A stretch of DNA of 64,000 bases. Origin: an uncultured bacterium. Lineage in GTDB: Bacteria; Patescibacteriota; Dojkabacteria; SC72. Numbering within the stretch: the stretch's first letter is position 1; each line of letters begins with the position of its first letter. This document shows positions 55,977 to 64,000 of the stretch, one piece after another. The position numbers and the translations under genes were made by a program. The notes under the pieces are model-generated. The model made no database searches. It saw nothing but the letters and a program-made list of their open reading frames with translations, and was not told the origin of the DNA. Location of the stretch: the NCBI GenBank assembly GCA_903840015.1, contig CAIMEL010000004.1, positions 30,671 through 94,670 on the forward strand, in the 5' to 3' direction.

Positions 55977-56102
55977 ATGAACTACCTAATTATTTTAATA
56001 GGTGTTTTTGTACTTACTCTTCTCATACTAATAGGATTAATATTTCTAATACCGGCATCAGATAACAACGGAAACGAGGAGGAAGAGGAGAGTGAAGAGT
56101 AG
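55977..56102 (+). CDS. candidate 41-aa hydrophobic micro-peptide with acidic C-terminal tail, not in ORF track
   Basis: ATG..TAG: MNYLIILIGVFVLTLLILIGLIFLIPASDNNGNEEEEESEE; starts 7 nt after the previous micro-ORF stop. Confidence 0.3.
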   Translation: MNYLIILIGVFVLTLLILIGLIFLIPASDNNGNEEEEESEE

Positions 56103-56103
56103 T

Positions 56104-57393
56104 TTACTCGTATCTCAAAGCATTCACAGGATCTAACTTTGAAGCCTTCCTAGCAGGATAGATTCCAGCCAAGACGCCAACTAAGATACTTCCAAGAGTA
56201 ATATACAATGCATTAAGAGGTTGGAAATTGAAAAACTGCTCTATCCCTGAGAACCCTTGCTCATTTAGTACATCTACAATGAAGGGATCGGCAAGCTTCA
56301 TCATCGCGAAAGTCACAATCAAACCTAATGCTCCTCCAATAAATCCAATCATTCCAGATTGTATTAGGAAGATAATTAAAACTTGAGCATTTGAAGCACC
56401 CATAGCTTTAATGATACCGATCTCCTTAGTTTGCTCATAAATACTCATGACCATTGTATTAATAATTCCAATAGATGCTACGAGAGCGGAAATCGACCCA
56501 AAGAGAACTAACGCTATTGTCAAACCAGAGGTCAGGGTATCAATGAAGCTAAGAATGGTGTCTGACGATATTACAAATAATTCCATATCTTCCGTTATGT
56601 ACTTTTCAATATCTTTTGTCTTTCCCTCTTCTGTAAGAAGAAATAGCTGAAAATAACCAGCATTTGTCAAATAATCCTCATGATCTTCATATCCCCCTAA
56701 ATCTACCAAGATATCTAAAGCAGAGTTTGTACTAATCCAAAATGCATCATTGCCTGTTTCCACAACCCCTACAACTACAAACTCATACTCTTTGTTAACC
56801 ATGCTCTTGGATGTAAAGGAGAAAAACGAACCACTGGAGGAGCTCTTTGCTGTAATTGTTTTTCCAATTATTTCTTCCTTGGACATTTCAAAAAAGCTTG
56901 CAACAAAATCACTTACAAATATCTCTCCAGTATCAAGGTTCTCCTTCTCACCATAGAGACTTTTAAAGATCCTATGTGTTCCTGGTAGATCCGAACCTGC
57001 AATGAGCTTCAGAGGATAAGGTGTTTTGTCTCCTTCCAGGTACATATCTAGACCATTGATAGAGAGTAGGGGTTCGACTTCTACAACACCATCGATATCA
57101 GAGATTTGAGAAAGAATCTCTCCTGTTAGAATCTTTTCTTCTTTCGTATCGCTACTCTTGGTTGGTGCTTGTGCAAAACCACCGAAAGACATATTGTCCT
57201 TGCCTGAGACATACAGATCTAGAGGATTAAACCTTGTTGTAAATTCGCTCAAGATTGCGCTTTTCAAATCAGTCATACCGAAAAGAATAAAGGTCATTAA
57301 CATTACAGCGATGGTAATTCCCAAACTTGTTAGAAATGTTCTTAGTTTTCTTCTAAATATTAAATCTAGTGCGTATTTAAACATTTTTACCAT
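56104..57393 (-). CDS. ABC transporter permease, FtsX/MacB-type (4 TM + large periplasmic domain)
   Basis: 429 aa; N-terminal TM, ~230-aa extracytoplasmic domain, C-terminal 3-TM FtsX domain. Confidence 0.85.
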   Translation of the reverse strand: MVKMFKYALDLIFRRKLRTFLTSLGITIAVMLMTFILFGMTDLKSAILSEFTTRFNPLDLYVSGKDNMSFGGFAQAPTKSSDTKEEKILTGEILSQISDIDGVVEVEPLLSINGLDMYLEGDKTPYPLKLIAGSDLPGTHRIFKSLYGEKENLDTGEIFVSDFVASFFEMSKEEIIGKTITAKSSSSGSFFSFTSKSMVNKEYEFVVVGVVETGNDAFWISTNSALDILVDLGGYEDHEDYLTNAGYFQLFLLTEEGKTKDIEKYITEDMELFVISSDTILSFIDTLTSGLTIALVLFGSISALVASIGIINTMVMSIYEQTKEIGIIKAMGASNAQVLIIFLIQSGMIGFIGGALGLIVTFAMMKLADPFIVDVLNEQGFSGIEQFFNFQPLNALYITLGSILVGVLAGIYPARKASKLDPVNALRYE

Positions 57394-58045
57394 CCACTAA
57401 GGTTATCGTTTTCTCCGTCTCTTTTGAAATGGCTATATCGTGAGTAACAATTATCATTGTTGTACCTTCCGATTTATTTAAAGATTTCAATAGGTTTAGA
57501 ATTGCCTTGCCTGTTTTACTATCCAAATTACCAGTCGGCTCATCAGCAAGTACAATTTCAGGAGAATCAATCAAAGCCCTTGCTATTGCAACTCTTTGAG
57601 CTTGACCACCAGAAAGTTCTTTCGGATAATGCTTTCTTCTGTTGGTAAGACCTGTTTCCTTCAACAAATATTCTAATCTTTCATTCAAATCTATTTCCTT
57701 AATATTTTTCTGAAATTTGGTTGGAAGAAGAATATTCTCCTCAACAGTAAGGGAAGGAATAAGGTAGAATTGTTGAAATATTGTTCCAACTATATGTCGT
57801 CTGTAATAGTTTTGATCATATTCCCGAATATCTTTCCCATTTATCAATATATGTCCCGAGTAATTCCAATCTAATCCACCCAAGATATTAAGAAAAGTAG
57901 ATTTCCCTGAACCAGAGCTTCCAATTACAGAAACAAAGGATCCCTTTTCAAATGCAAAAGACAGCCCATCTAAAGCTCTAACTTCGACCAATTTACTTGG
58001 TTTGTATATTCGTTTGAGATTTTCTACTTTAATGTAATCTGTCAT
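57377..58045 (-). CDS. ABC transporter ATP-binding protein (MacB/LolD-type)
   Basis: 222 aa; Walker A GSSGSGKST, signature LSGGQAQR, Walker B ILADEPTGNLD; overlaps the permease gene by 17 nt. Confidence 0.9.
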   Translation of the reverse strand: MTDYIKVENLKRIYKPSKLVEVRALDGLSFAFEKGSFVSVIGSSGSGKSTFLNILGGLDWNYSGHILINGKDIREYDQNYYRRHIVGTIFQQFYLIPSLTVEENILLPTKFQKNIKEIDLNERLEYLLKETGLTNRRKHYPKELSGGQAQRVAIARALIDSPEIVLADEPTGNLDSKTGKAILNLLKSLNKSEGTTMIIVTHDIAISKETEKTITLVDGKNV

Positions 58046-58100
58046 GACTGTAGATAATATCAGATAAAGAACAGGGTTTCTATATGATATACTAGAGAAT

Positions 58101-58580
58101 ATGAAACCATTAAGGATATTAACAATAGAAGATAAAAAAGAGGAAGCTATTTTGAGACAGAAGAGTTTAGCTGTAAAACCTGAGGAATTATCAAAAAAAG
58201 ATCTTAAAGATTTTCTTGATGCCCTGTTACATAGTGCTAAAAATAGTGAAGAACCTGCAGGTGGAATTGCAGCTCCCCAAGTTGGGGTGCATAAGAGAAT
58301 TTTCTACATACTAAACTATGATACAAATAAATGGGAGCTATTCATAAATCCAGAAATAGAGCCAATAGGATATACAAAGAAAGCAATCCCTGAAGCCTGT
58401 CTAAGTGTTCCAAATAGGGAAGAAAAAGTGCTAAGATATTACAAGATCAAAGTGAAATTTCTGGATAAAAATGGTAAGAGAAAAGTAAAGAAGTATGAGG
58501 ATTTGAATTCGATAAGCATACAACACGAATATGATCATTTGGAAGGTGTTCTCTTTATAGACAAAATATTAAAAGAATAA
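58101..58580 (+). CDS. def: peptide deformylase
   Basis: 159 aa; motifs GIAAPQVG, EACLSVP (EGCLS), HEYDHLEG (HExxH). Confidence 0.9.
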   Translation: MKPLRILTIEDKKEEAILRQKSLAVKPEELSKKDLKDFLDALLHSAKNSEEPAGGIAAPQVGVHKRIFYILNYDTNKWELFINPEIEPIGYTKKAIPEACLSVPNREEKVLRYYKIKVKFLDKNGKRKVKKYEDLNSISIQHEYDHLEGVLFIDKILKE

Positions 58581-58601
58581 ATTAAGTAAAACTGTCCATC
58601 A

Positions 58602-59711
58602 ATGAAATTAAAAAATATTCTTCTCTCAACTCTCTTCCTGCTATTTTCCTTCTCCATAGTCTATGGAGAAGAGACAAAACTTTCAGATGTACTGGGACAA
58701 AATGTCGAGGAAACTAGTACAGCAGAGCTAGAGGAGAAGGAGATTGAGAGAGAGGAGAATTTTCTCAATCAGCTATTACTTAAAATCCCACTACAAACAG
58801 ATAATCCCAATCATACAATCACTTTCATAGATCCTTCTGAAGACAAAAAAGGTATACAGCTAGAAATCGATGGAAAAAGCTTTCAGAGTATAAAGAGTCC
58901 ATACTCATTACCATCTTTGAGCATCGGCAAACATATTCTTCGATTTAAATTTGTGGATAAATATGGAGCTACACAAATCCTAGAGAGAGAGTTAATTGTG
59001 GTCCCACGTCCACCAATAGTAAATTCTCCAGCACAGAGTGAGAATGGTCTAAAAATATCTGGGACGGGATTAGCAAACTCAGAATTGATACTAATACTTT
59101 CTTCAAGTAGCAATATCTTAACAAAGACAACAACTATTTCAGCAGATGGGAATTGGGAGATTACGATAACAGATGAATTAGTTGCAGGGATATACACATT
59201 TACAGGCTACACAAGAAGATATGGATATGCAGGGGATCTTGCAGAACCTGTGACACTAGAGTACGGTGGATACTCTAATACGAAGAACGAGAATAATGGG
59301 AATAAGAAAGATATTCATTTCGCTTTCAAGGATATACCAGTTAATAGTATAGGGGAGGTTCTTGTTAACAACCCAGATCTCATTCTTCTCTTAATCACAA
59401 CCTTTTTGGCAGGGGTTCTTACAGCTACTTTTGTAGGGAATCTACTAAAGAAAAAGAATGAAGAGGTTGTAATAAAAAGTTTTAAGAAACAGATAGATCC
59501 GAAGCCACAAGATTCTCTTACAATATTGGAGAAATTGAACGGAAAAGAAAAGAAGGTGGAGGCGAAAGAGGAAGCAAAGCCGGAGGAAAAGATTGTTACT
59601 AAAATAGATTTCTTAAAGGATTACAAGAAATTTGATCCAGATACAGAGGCAAAAGAGGAACCTGAGAACAAAACACCCAAGATAAAGGTCTCGCTAACAT
59701 CTAAAGATTAG
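58602..59711 (+). CDS. surface protein with Ig-like domains, single-pass TM and K/E-rich cytoplasmic tail
   Basis: 369 aa; signal peptide (LLSTLFLLFSFSIVYG), beta-rich region, TM helix (LILLLITTFLAGVLTATFVGNLL), then ~100-aa lysine/glutamate-rich tail. Confidence 0.55.
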   Translation: MKLKNILLSTLFLLFSFSIVYGEETKLSDVLGQNVEETSTAELEEKEIEREENFLNQLLLKIPLQTDNPNHTITFIDPSEDKKGIQLEIDGKSFQSIKSPYSLPSLSIGKHILRFKFVDKYGATQILERELIVVPRPPIVNSPAQSENGLKISGTGLANSELILILSSSSNILTKTTTISADGNWEITITDELVAGIYTFTGYTRRYGYAGDLAEPVTLEYGGYSNTKNENNGNKKDIHFAFKDIPVNSIGEVLVNNPDLILLLITTFLAGVLTATFVGNLLKKKNEEVVIKSFKKQIDPKPQDSLTILEKLNGKEKKVEAKEEAKPEEKIVTKIDFLKDYKKFDPDTEAKEEPENKTPKIKVSLTSKD

Positions 59712-59743
59712 ATTTTCGTGGTAAAATACTCATAATCAAATCC

Positions 59744-59826
59744 GCCAGGATGGTGAAATGGCAGACACGCTACGTTCAGAACGTAGTCCTAGCAATAGGG
59801 TGGGGGTTCAACTCCCCCTCTTGGCA
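59744..59826 (+). tRNA. tRNA-Leu: tRNA-Leu (anticodon CAG), class II long variable arm; CCA not encoded
   Basis: Acceptor GCCAGGA/TCTTGGC, 3-bp D stem, anticodon stem CTACG/CGTAG with loop TTCAGAA, long variable arm, T arm GGGGG-TTCAACT-CCCCC, discriminator A. Confidence 0.85.
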
Positions 59827-59827
59827 A

Positions 59828-61606
59828 TTATTTCCAATACCATTGATGAACATTGTGGAATCTCTCATAGGAGTACTTAATATTCTCGATATCAAGACCA
59901 ACTAAATCTGATTTTACAAAGTACACGAAGGATGGATTGTACAAGAATATGGCAGGAGAGTCTGCTAAGAGATATTTTTGGAACAGCTCATACTTCTCCT
60001 TTCTTAACTCCTGTTTGAAACTCTTTCTACCATCTTCGAGTAATATATCAACCCTCTCGTAGGCATAACCAGACAGATTCAAATCAGGATAATTACTCTT
60101 TAAGGAATGCCATAGGTTATACTGATCTGGATCTACTGTAACTTCAACTTCATAGAGTAAAAGTTCAAAATCTCTTGTTGCAATAATTTCTTGGGTAATC
60201 TGATTGTAATTCAGCTTCTCTGTTTTTAATATAACTCCCTCTTTCTCAAACAAGTCAACTAACAATAAGACTAATCTTTCATTTGTACTACTTTCAAAAT
60301 AGCTCAAAGTCAAGGTTAAGATCTCTTGGTTCTTAGATTCGTAGTATCCACTTTCTGGATTCTTAACATATCCTACCGATTTAAGTAAAGAGGCTGCCTT
60401 TGCTGGATCATATTGATATGTTGGATATTTTTCTGTAAAAGCCCAAGAATTTTCAGAGTAGGGACCTTGCAGTGAATATCCACCGACACCAGACTCAGTT
60501 AATAATTTCTCCTTATCTAGCAAATGGGTGACAGCTTCTCTAAGTTCTTTCCTTTTAAGAAACTCTTTTCTCATATTAAAAAATATATTTTTGACTCGAA
60601 AATCTTCCCTCTTTACATATTTAGTCACATTTGGGTATTCCCCTAAGAAAGTAAATAATTCTTGATCCCATCCTCCCAATCCATCCAATGCTCCAATCCT
60701 GAAAGCTGTTTCCAAGCTTTCTTTGTCTGGGTAGATCTTCAGAACAATCTCTTTAATCGCTGGGGAATATTTATCATATTCGTTATCTTGTAAGAAAACT
60801 GCATTCTGCTCCGTTCTAGTAACCTTGTACTTCCCGCTACCTATTGGATACTTAGCAAACATATCGAAGGGCATCTGTTCAAGATCTACAGCTTCCAATC
60901 TCATCTTCGGTACTATTGATATCGATATAGCCTCCCAGAAAGAGGGGGTAACTTCAGACAGAACAAATTTTAAATTATGCTCACCTGTTCGCTCTATCTT
61001 TAAGCCACTCAATGCAGCTCCTACCGAGTCATACCCATAATCTTTATGCAAAGATATTGCAGTTTCAAAAGTGAAAATCACATCATCTACAGTTAGTTTT
61101 TCACCCGTTTGCCAATATATATCTGAAGCTATTTCAAAATCATATGTCAATCTATCATTCGAGACATTCCATTTGACAGCAATTTCAGGTAAAGGATTAC
61201 CTTTTTTATCTATATTTACAAATCTTTCAAATACTAATTCCTCAACAGCCCTGTCAACATAGTTATTCGAAAGAAAAAGAGGATTAAACGAACTTATAGC
61301 TCCAACACTACCTTCAGTATAAATATTCTTCTTGCTCTCTGTATCAAAAAGTTTTGCAACTATTTCGGACTGTAAAAAGAGTGATAATAAAACTCCACAG
61401 ATTAAAAAAACTACTATATAGCTAAAGGGAACAAACAACTTGAAAAGCTTAGAAAAATACAACGGATAGTTCCAAACAACATCTCTCAAAGATAATCTCT
61501 CTCTCTTTTCTTGAACTTCCTCAATATCTACACCTATATCCTCAAGAACACTTCGCATTGTATTTATTGAGGTTGGTCTATCTTTGGAGGTTTCTTTATC
61601 TTTCAT
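59828..61606 (-). CDS. ABC transporter substrate-binding protein, family 5 (peptide/nickel type), membrane-anchored
   Basis: 592 aa; N-terminal TM anchor after ~50-aa cytoplasmic segment; overall SBP_bac_5 architecture; no cognate permease genes adjacent. Confidence 0.65.
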   Translation of the reverse strand: MKDKETSKDRPTSINTMRSVLEDIGVDIEEVQEKRERLSLRDVVWNYPLYFSKLFKLFVPFSYIVVFLICGVLLSLFLQSEIVAKLFDTESKKNIYTEGSVGAISSFNPLFLSNNYVDRAVEELVFERFVNIDKKGNPLPEIAVKWNVSNDRLTYDFEIASDIYWQTGEKLTVDDVIFTFETAISLHKDYGYDSVGAALSGLKIERTGEHNLKFVLSEVTPSFWEAISISIVPKMRLEAVDLEQMPFDMFAKYPIGSGKYKVTRTEQNAVFLQDNEYDKYSPAIKEIVLKIYPDKESLETAFRIGALDGLGGWDQELFTFLGEYPNVTKYVKREDFRVKNIFFNMRKEFLKRKELREAVTHLLDKEKLLTESGVGGYSLQGPYSENSWAFTEKYPTYQYDPAKAASLLKSVGYVKNPESGYYESKNQEILTLTLSYFESSTNERLVLLLVDLFEKEGVILKTEKLNYNQITQEIIATRDFELLLYEVEVTVDPDQYNLWHSLKSNYPDLNLSGYAYERVDILLEDGRKSFKQELRKEKYELFQKYLLADSPAIFLYNPSFVYFVKSDLVGLDIENIKYSYERFHNVHQWYWK

Positions 61607-61621
61607 CCTTTGGGTTATCCC

Positions 61622-61852
61622 TTAAGAATATTTTAATATAATTAAGGACATCACAACTAACACAGCAATCAAAGCTATTGTGAAGTAATAGAGGAATTTC
61701 TCTAATCCTCTTTTTGTTCTAAATACCTCACCACCACCTCCAAACATTTTACCCAAACCTTCAGCTCTGTTCTGCAGCAGAACAGATACAGTCAACAAAA
61801 CACATACGACAATTTGAGAAATCAGAAGAATTTGCATTATATTATTTTCCAT
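61622..61852 (-). CDS. secG: preprotein translocase subunit SecG
   Basis: 76 aa; two TM helices separated by LLQNRAEGLGKMFGGGGEVFRTKRG, the SecG signature loop. Confidence 0.8.
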   Translation of the reverse strand: MENNIMQILLISQIVVCVLLTVSVLLQNRAEGLGKMFGGGGEVFRTKRGLEKFLYYFTIALIAVLVVMSLIILKYS

Positions 61853-61873
61853 ATCGGTTATTATACTATGAAT

Positions 61874-62281
61874 CTACTCAACATCCAATTCTCTATATAT
61901 ACCTGCTATCAAGGAGATTGAAACAGATGTTGCAATAATTGTAATCAAAGGGGTAACTACAAAGTCCTTTACAACCAATGTACCTATCTCCATTCCCTCA
62001 AACATAAATTCTTCGAGATAGAAATCTGTCATGAAGATTTTTAAGAGATAGAAGACACCGGTAAGAAGTAAAGAGCTCATTAAGAAGAATGTCGGGAATT
62101 TACATTTAATGGTTAAGAAGTTCAATACAGGGCAGGCTATCATTATAGTGAGAGCTAGTAAAAAGATCGTTGCTGCAAGATATAAACCTGAGCTTGGTAG
62201 TTTGATTCCTTCTCCGAAAATATTCAGAAACATAAATATTATCAATACATATACTAAGAGAGATTTAATACCTACTTTCAT
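61874..62281 (-). CDS. polytopic membrane protein, hypothetical
   Basis: 135 aa; 4 predicted TM helices. Confidence 0.5.
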   Translation of the reverse strand: MKVGIKSLLVYVLIIFMFLNIFGEGIKLPSSGLYLAATIFLLALTIMIACPVLNFLTIKCKFPTFFLMSSLLLTGVFYLLKIFMTDFYLEEFMFEGMEIGTLVVKDFVVTPLITIIATSVSISLIAGIYRELDVE

Positions 62282-62386
62282 AGTTAAGAATTAACACTTT
62301 ATATACTTATACAGAATACTATTTCCTAAAGAAAAATACAAAATACTTTGAATTTCTTGTATACTGTAGGATCAAGTACTGCCCAT

Positions 62387-63781
62387 ATGAATAACCTTGC
62401 AAAAACAAAGATTGTAGCAACAATAGGACCATCCTCTTGGGATGAAACTGTCCTAAGAAATATGCATCGTAATGGTATGCAACTAGCACGTATTAATGCT
62501 TCATTTGCAGATTTTGAAGAATTAGATAGAGTCGCATCCCTTATTCGAAAAATATCACCCCGTATATCTTTAATCCTAGACACACAAGGGACTAAGATAC
62601 GAGTAAAAGCATTAGAGAAGGAGATTGAGGTAAAGGACAGCTTAGTTATATCTTCGAATGAGCAAAGCCAAGGTATCAAAATTACATACCCGAATCTACA
62701 TAAACACCTTAATATTGGAAATCAAATTCTACTCGATGATGGCAATATAGAGCTTAAGGTTACCGCTATAGAAGGTGAGGATATAGTATGTGAAGTTATA
62801 CAGGGAGGAATCCTAAAACCTAATAAAACAGTAAACATACCCTCAATGAATTTGGTTTTCCCAACTTTAACAGAGAAAGACAAAGAAGACATTGGCAATG
62901 CAATGAAACTAGGGTATGACTTTGTATGTCTTTCCTTTGTAAGAGATAAGAATGACGTCCTTGCAGTAAAGGAGCTTCTAGAGGATTCTTCCATAAAGAT
63001 AATTTCTAAAATCGAGAATCAACTTGGATTAGATTCCTTTGATGAGATATTAAAGGTCAGTGATGCCATTATGATTGCACGAGGTGATCTTGGAGTAGAG
63101 ACACCTTTAGAAGATGTACCCATACTACAAAAAAGAATGATCTATCAATGTCGTGCAGCAGGGAAACCAGTGATTGTTGCTACACAAATGTTAGAATCCA
63201 TGAGAGAAACTATTCGACCCACAAGGGCAGAGGTTTCGGATGTTGCTAATGCAGTTATGGATGGTGCAGATGCATTAATGCTTTCAGCAGAAACATCTAC
63301 AGGTAAAAACCCAGTACAAGCGGTAGAGTATATGAACAGAATTGCTTTAAAAGCTGAGAGTGTCATGCAATTATCACCAATATATGGAAATACTGAGGCC
63401 GGGATAGAAAGCGATGCTATTGCGAAAAATGCTTGCTTCCTTACACAAAATCTAGATATTAACAGCATCATTGTACTCTCTGAATCTAGTGCAACTGTAG
63501 GGAGTGTAACAAGACATAGACCAAACGTGCCTATATATTCTGTAAGTTCTTCAATCAAGAAAGTTAAACAACATAATCTTTACAAAGGCGTTAAGACTTT
63601 CTATATTGAACAATTAGCAGATGACAGAGATCAAGCAATAGCCCAAGCTGTTGAAACAATCTATACGCATGGGGAGTTGGATTTACGTGATAAAATTGCT
63701 ATTATTACCGGTAGTTCAATCAAAGATTGTACCTCTGACAGTATACTAGAGATAGTAACAGTTAAAGACATTCTAGATTAA
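62387..63781 (+). CDS. pyk: pyruvate kinase
   Basis: Start at ATG 62387 (MNNLAKTKIVATIGPS) gives the canonical PK N-terminus; ORF track's upstream start (62348) adds 13 non-conserved residues; GDLGVE, MLSAETS..GK motifs present. Confidence 0.9.
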   Translation: MNNLAKTKIVATIGPSSWDETVLRNMHRNGMQLARINASFADFEELDRVASLIRKISPRISLILDTQGTKIRVKALEKEIEVKDSLVISSNEQSQGIKITYPNLHKHLNIGNQILLDDGNIELKVTAIEGEDIVCEVIQGGILKPNKTVNIPSMNLVFPTLTEKDKEDIGNAMKLGYDFVCLSFVRDKNDVLAVKELLEDSSIKIISKIENQLGLDSFDEILKVSDAIMIARGDLGVETPLEDVPILQKRMIYQCRAAGKPVIVATQMLESMRETIRPTRAEVSDVANAVMDGADALMLSAETSTGKNPVQAVEYMNRIALKAESVMQLSPIYGNTEAGIESDAIAKNACFLTQNLDINSIIVLSESSATVGSVTRHRPNVPIYSVSSSIKKVKQHNLYKGVKTFYIEQLADDRDQAIAQAVETIYTHGELDLRDKIAIITGSSIKDCTSDSILEIVTVKDILD

Positions 63782-63784
63782 ACC

Positions 63785-63860
63785 GGTGACGTAGCCAAGT
63801 TGGTTAAGGCCGTGGTCTGCAAAACCACTATCACGGGTTCGAATCCCGTCGTCACCTCCA
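63785..63860 (+). tRNA. tRNA-Cys: tRNA-Cys (anticodon GCA), CCA encoded
   Basis: Acceptor GGTGACG/CGTCACC, anticodon stem GTGGT/ACCAC with loop CTGCAAA, T arm ACGGG-TTCGAAT-CCCGT, discriminator U, CCA. Confidence 0.85.
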
Positions 63861-63902
63861 TTGAAAAAACTTAGAGTAAAGATTAAAATACTCAATTAAC
63901 AA

Positions 63903-63986
63903 GCCGGGATGGCGGAACAGGCAGACGCGCGGGACTTAAAATCCCGTTCTAGAAATAGAGTGAGGGTTCGATTCCCTCTTCCGGCA
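63903..63986 (+). tRNA. tRNA-Leu: tRNA-Leu (anticodon TAA), class II; CCA not encoded
   Basis: Acceptor GCCGGGA/TTCCGGC, anticodon stem CGGGA/TCCCG with loop CTTAAAA, long variable arm, T arm GAGGG-TTCGATT-CCCTC, discriminator A. Confidence 0.85.
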
Positions 63987-64000
63987 AGTTATTCAGCATC

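Noticed and set aside
1-64000. CRISPR arrays, transposases, integrases, prophage or restriction-modification genes
   Set aside because: I searched for regularly spaced direct repeats and for IS, integrase, phage or RM signatures in ORFs and gaps, and found none.

Intergenic regions are short, and the few inverted repeats are single hairpins.

Overview
This 64-kb window is densely coded on both strands and looks like it comes from a low-GC bacterium with a streamlined, mostly housekeeping gene set. I call about 70 protein genes.

Housekeeping genes: pyrG (5' partial), glmS, ddl, murB, prs, def, secG, pyk, typA, a DEAD-box helicase, cspA, an ABC-F ATPase, sodA, dcd, queH, and an iscS/iscU/mnmA operon.

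Envelope and accessory genes: a RuBisCO large subunit of form II/III or III type, a copper-homeostasis cluster, a PspC/LiaF-like envelope-stress module, two NodB deacetylases, a GH3 NagZ, a sortase, and many membrane-anchored hypothetical or surface proteins.

RNA elements: four tRNAs (His-GTG with encoded G-1, Leu-CAG, Cys-GCA, Leu-TAA), a glmS ribozyme upstream of glmS, and several intrinsic terminators and candidate RNA elements.

I found no CRISPR array, transposase, integrase or phage structural genes. Several features point to a Patescibacteria/CPR-like or similarly reduced genome, but this is inference only. Those features are the form II/III-type RuBisCO, NifS/NifU-only Fe-S machinery, frequent absence of Shine-Dalgarno sequences, sortase and large surface proteins, and an RRM RNA-binding protein.

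The most interesting locus is at 31034..32777 on the minus strand. It holds a signal-peptide, cysteine-rich surface protein with a TSP1/WSXWS-like motif and a poly-Asp/Glu linker. The protein ends in a class-E-type LAETG sorting signal, a hydrophobic segment and a KKYML tail. An intrinsic terminator and a sortase gene follow immediately. The substrate gene carries an in-frame TAA right after the signal peptide.

Other notable items, all absent from the ORF track except the structured region, are:
- the glmS ribozyme;
- an unexplained structured, terminator-capped ~380-nt intergenic region at 20648..21025;
- a terminator/antiterminator-like element upstream of an MFS gene;
- a strongly signalled 29-codon lysine-rich micro-ORF;
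- two tandem hydrophobic micro-ORFs next to a MacB-type ABC exporter.
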